DNA of 63,476 nucleotides, counting the filler, from Octopus bimaculoides (lineage: Eukaryota), in assembly GCF_001194135.2 (NCBI RefSeq). It is 7 parts of 7 records of this genome, joined end to end, with 100 filler letters (N's around TTAATTAATTAA, not from the genome) between each part and the next. Parts side by side here need not be neighbours in the genome. Positions count along the whole stretch, not along the records: positions 59,289 to 62,011 come from NW_026336265.1; positions 62,112 to 63,476 come from NW_026388909.1; 5 more parts are not named here. One strand, given 5' to 3'. Both the position numbers and the translations under genes were made by a program. The notes under the pieces are model-generated. The model ran no database searches. It saw only the letters and a program-made list of their open reading frames with translations, and was not told where the DNA came from. Below are positions 61,409 through 63,476 of this stretch, piece by piece (within the stretch, counting starts at the first letter, position 1; every line of letters begins with the position of its first letter).

Positions 61409-61688
61409 CCATTATCTATTTTTTTTATTTTTATCTCAATCACACTGTTTACATAAAGGCACTCATATATGAAACCTAACTCTCAGTGCAGGCTGTGAAT
61501 TCCATAAGAAATCTACTTGCATACCCCTGTTCCAGGGGTATGCAAGTAGAGAATAACTGTTGCTACCCAAGGACAAAAATCATGTTACACAGTGTAATAC
61601 ACCAAATACTATTTGTGGTAATTAGACATTTACAAAATAAAGGTTGGCAATGATTTCTTCAAAGTTTTGGACTATTAGTCTGTTAGAT

Positions 61689-61985
61689 CAGGGGTTTTCA
61701 AACTTTTTGACTTGCGGACCCCTTTATATTTCAGGCTTTACCTTAGGGACCCCCTTATAAACGCTTATGAAATTTATACATAAATATTTGCTTAAAATAA
61801 CATATATTTTTACATTTATTTATTTAACAGTATTTAACAAATAGGTTTATTGTCAATTAAAAGATTTCGATTAAAAAACATATATAAAATCAAATTGCCC
61901 ATAAAAAGTATTTGCTGTCTACGGACCCCCTGTCTTGTCCTTGCGGACCCCCTGTGGTCCGCGGACCACAGTTTGAAAACCCCTG
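61689..61985. mobile_element. hAT-family MITE, 297 bp
   Basis: Perfect 15-bp TIR CAGGGGTTTTCAAAC / GTTTGAAAACCCCTG; 8-bp TSD TGTTAGAT / TGTTAGAG (7/8). Confidence 0.9.
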
Positions 61986-63275
61986 TGTTAGAGGAACTCA
62001 CAACAAAACAANNNNNNNNNNNNNNNNNNNNNNNNNNNNNNNNNNNNNNNNNNNNTTAATTAATTAANNNNNNNNNNNNNNNNNNNNNNNNNNNNNNNNN
62101 NNNNNNNNNNNCTTCAGCCGCAAACACTGCTAGTCCAAAGATTACATCACAAAAGAAAAAGTACACCCATTATAATAGGTTTATCACATCCCTTTAAAAA
62201 GGTATCTCTGCATAAAAGTTCATTGAATTTCAAAAATCTGCCCATGCTGTACCACAATTCAGCACAGAGTGAATGTTAAATAGATTGGATTGAGTTTATA
62301 TTTAACTAGCGTGATCAAAGGTAAAAAATAAAGTAAAAGATAAAAAAATAAAACATAAAATATGAAAGTAATAGAAGTCAAACCGATAGTAATAAAAGTA
62401 AAAATAAGGATAATAAAGTTAGATACATATATAAATAAGATTTAGCAAAATTGGAATAAAGTAACAAAAGAAATAAAAACATAAAGTAGAATAAGAGATA
62501 AAGAAATAAAATTGTAGTGGTCATAGATAATTTCTTAGCTAGACCACTCGTTGAAATATAGATTAAGGTTGTAATTTGATATTGTTGTGATGAGTGGTCA
62601 GTTTACCCAAACACACCACTAAAAATTCCTAGCTTTATAAACTTAGGTATTACATGGGTACATACACTTACTTAGAAGTCATATCATATGTATATGTGTG
62701 TATACACACACACTCATACAGATCCACCTACTAACATGCTCAAGCCTGTACCCGTATGCCTCATTATGCAAAATTCTAAATATATGAATATACACATACA
62801 TCTCCACACATCTATAGTTACACCCTAGTAACCATATCCATACACTCAACATCCACATATCCTTAAGCACACGTCCAGATATAGATATATCTCCATGTAT
62901 GGTATCAGCATACATGCACTCACGTCCATCTATGTATACACACATACAATACACCTTATAAGCGTATATCTTGATTTTGAGTACATAACAGTTATATTTA
63001 ATATTTAATATACTATTCTCAATAGATTGAGTTACATATATTCTTAAAAAATTTTTTTTTTTTTAATTTTTTATATCTGTGTTATATATATATATATATA
63101 TATATGTTCCGTTTACATATTTGTTTTGCAAGATTTTTGATGTGAAATCGTCTGTTAAAACAGATGTTGTACTTGGGGATGGTCATATTGCCAGTTTAGC
63201 CAATAAAAACACACGCACTGTATATTTGGTGTTAATTTGCTTCAGCTTTATATTACATTAATCTTAATCTTATTT

Positions 63276-63321
63276 CGGCCAGAGTTCTTTCGTCACACTT
63301 CTGTGACCTCATCAGTGGTCC
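63276..63321 (-). ncRNA. Minimal type I hammerhead-like motif 5 (catalytic core intact)
   Basis: GGACCA-CTGATGA-G-GTCAC-AGAAGT-GTGAC-GAAA-GAAC-TC-TGGCC: stem II 5 bp, 1-bp stem III with tetraloop, CUC triplet, stem I 4/5 bp. Predicted cut between 63282 and 63281. Confidence 0.65.
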
Positions 63322-63345
63322 TTTGTTTCCTTCTTTCTTATGTGT

Positions 63346-63476
63346 GACACAGGAAATGTGTCAAGGTTGACAGGAAGTGGTGCTGCTTCCTAGGGCTAAA
63401 TAGCAGTAGTATTATTCCCTTCATTGGACTGTCACCTTAAGTTGACAGCATACAACTACTTTATCATATCACTACT
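63346..63476 (+). repeat. Copy of the four-hairpin motif / foldback arm family
   Basis: GACAC-AGGAAAT-GTGTC..AGGAAG-TGGTGCTG-CTTCCT-AG-GGCTAAATAGCAGTAGTAT..GTCAC-CTTAA-GTTGAC. Confidence 0.75.

Noticed and set aside
887-62059. Long ORFs containing X runs or poly-YI/VC/HT/SL/N/E tracts
   Set aside because: They arise from N gaps and microsatellites; no coding signal.

Overview
AT-rich eukaryotic draft-assembly window with about 6 kb of N in ~22 gaps. Six gaps carry an artificial TTAATTAATTAA linker. The repeat landscape resembles an Octopus/coleoid cephalopod genome (inferred from repeat families, not proven): several tRNA-headed SINE families, CR1-like and R4/Dong-like LINE fragments, Tc1/mariner, hAT- and piggyBac-like MITEs, a Helitron helicase relic, Penelope-like repeats and dense TA/TG/TATG/AAT/CT microsatellites. 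I recognise no intact host protein-coding gene; almost all listed ORFs are microsatellite or N artefacts, so the window is probably intronic or intergenic. Two repeat-poor stretches (6.5-8.9 kb and 14.8-15.9 kb) may be regulatory or exonic. Best leads: (1) five minimal type I hammerhead-ribozyme motifs in five different repeats (9.95, 13.0, 26.6, 61.4, 63.3 kb), four with an extra nucleotide after A9 and several with self-complementary stem III suggesting dimer cleavage; one sits in a tRNA-headed element; (2) a four-hairpin motif with compensatory changes across diverged copies (26.7, 33.4/33.5, 56.7, 63.4 kb), one directly downstream of the best hammerhead, which I could not match to a known ribozyme class; (3) several long inverted repeats that would be ADAR substrates if transcribed. 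SINE family labels A-E are my own working names.
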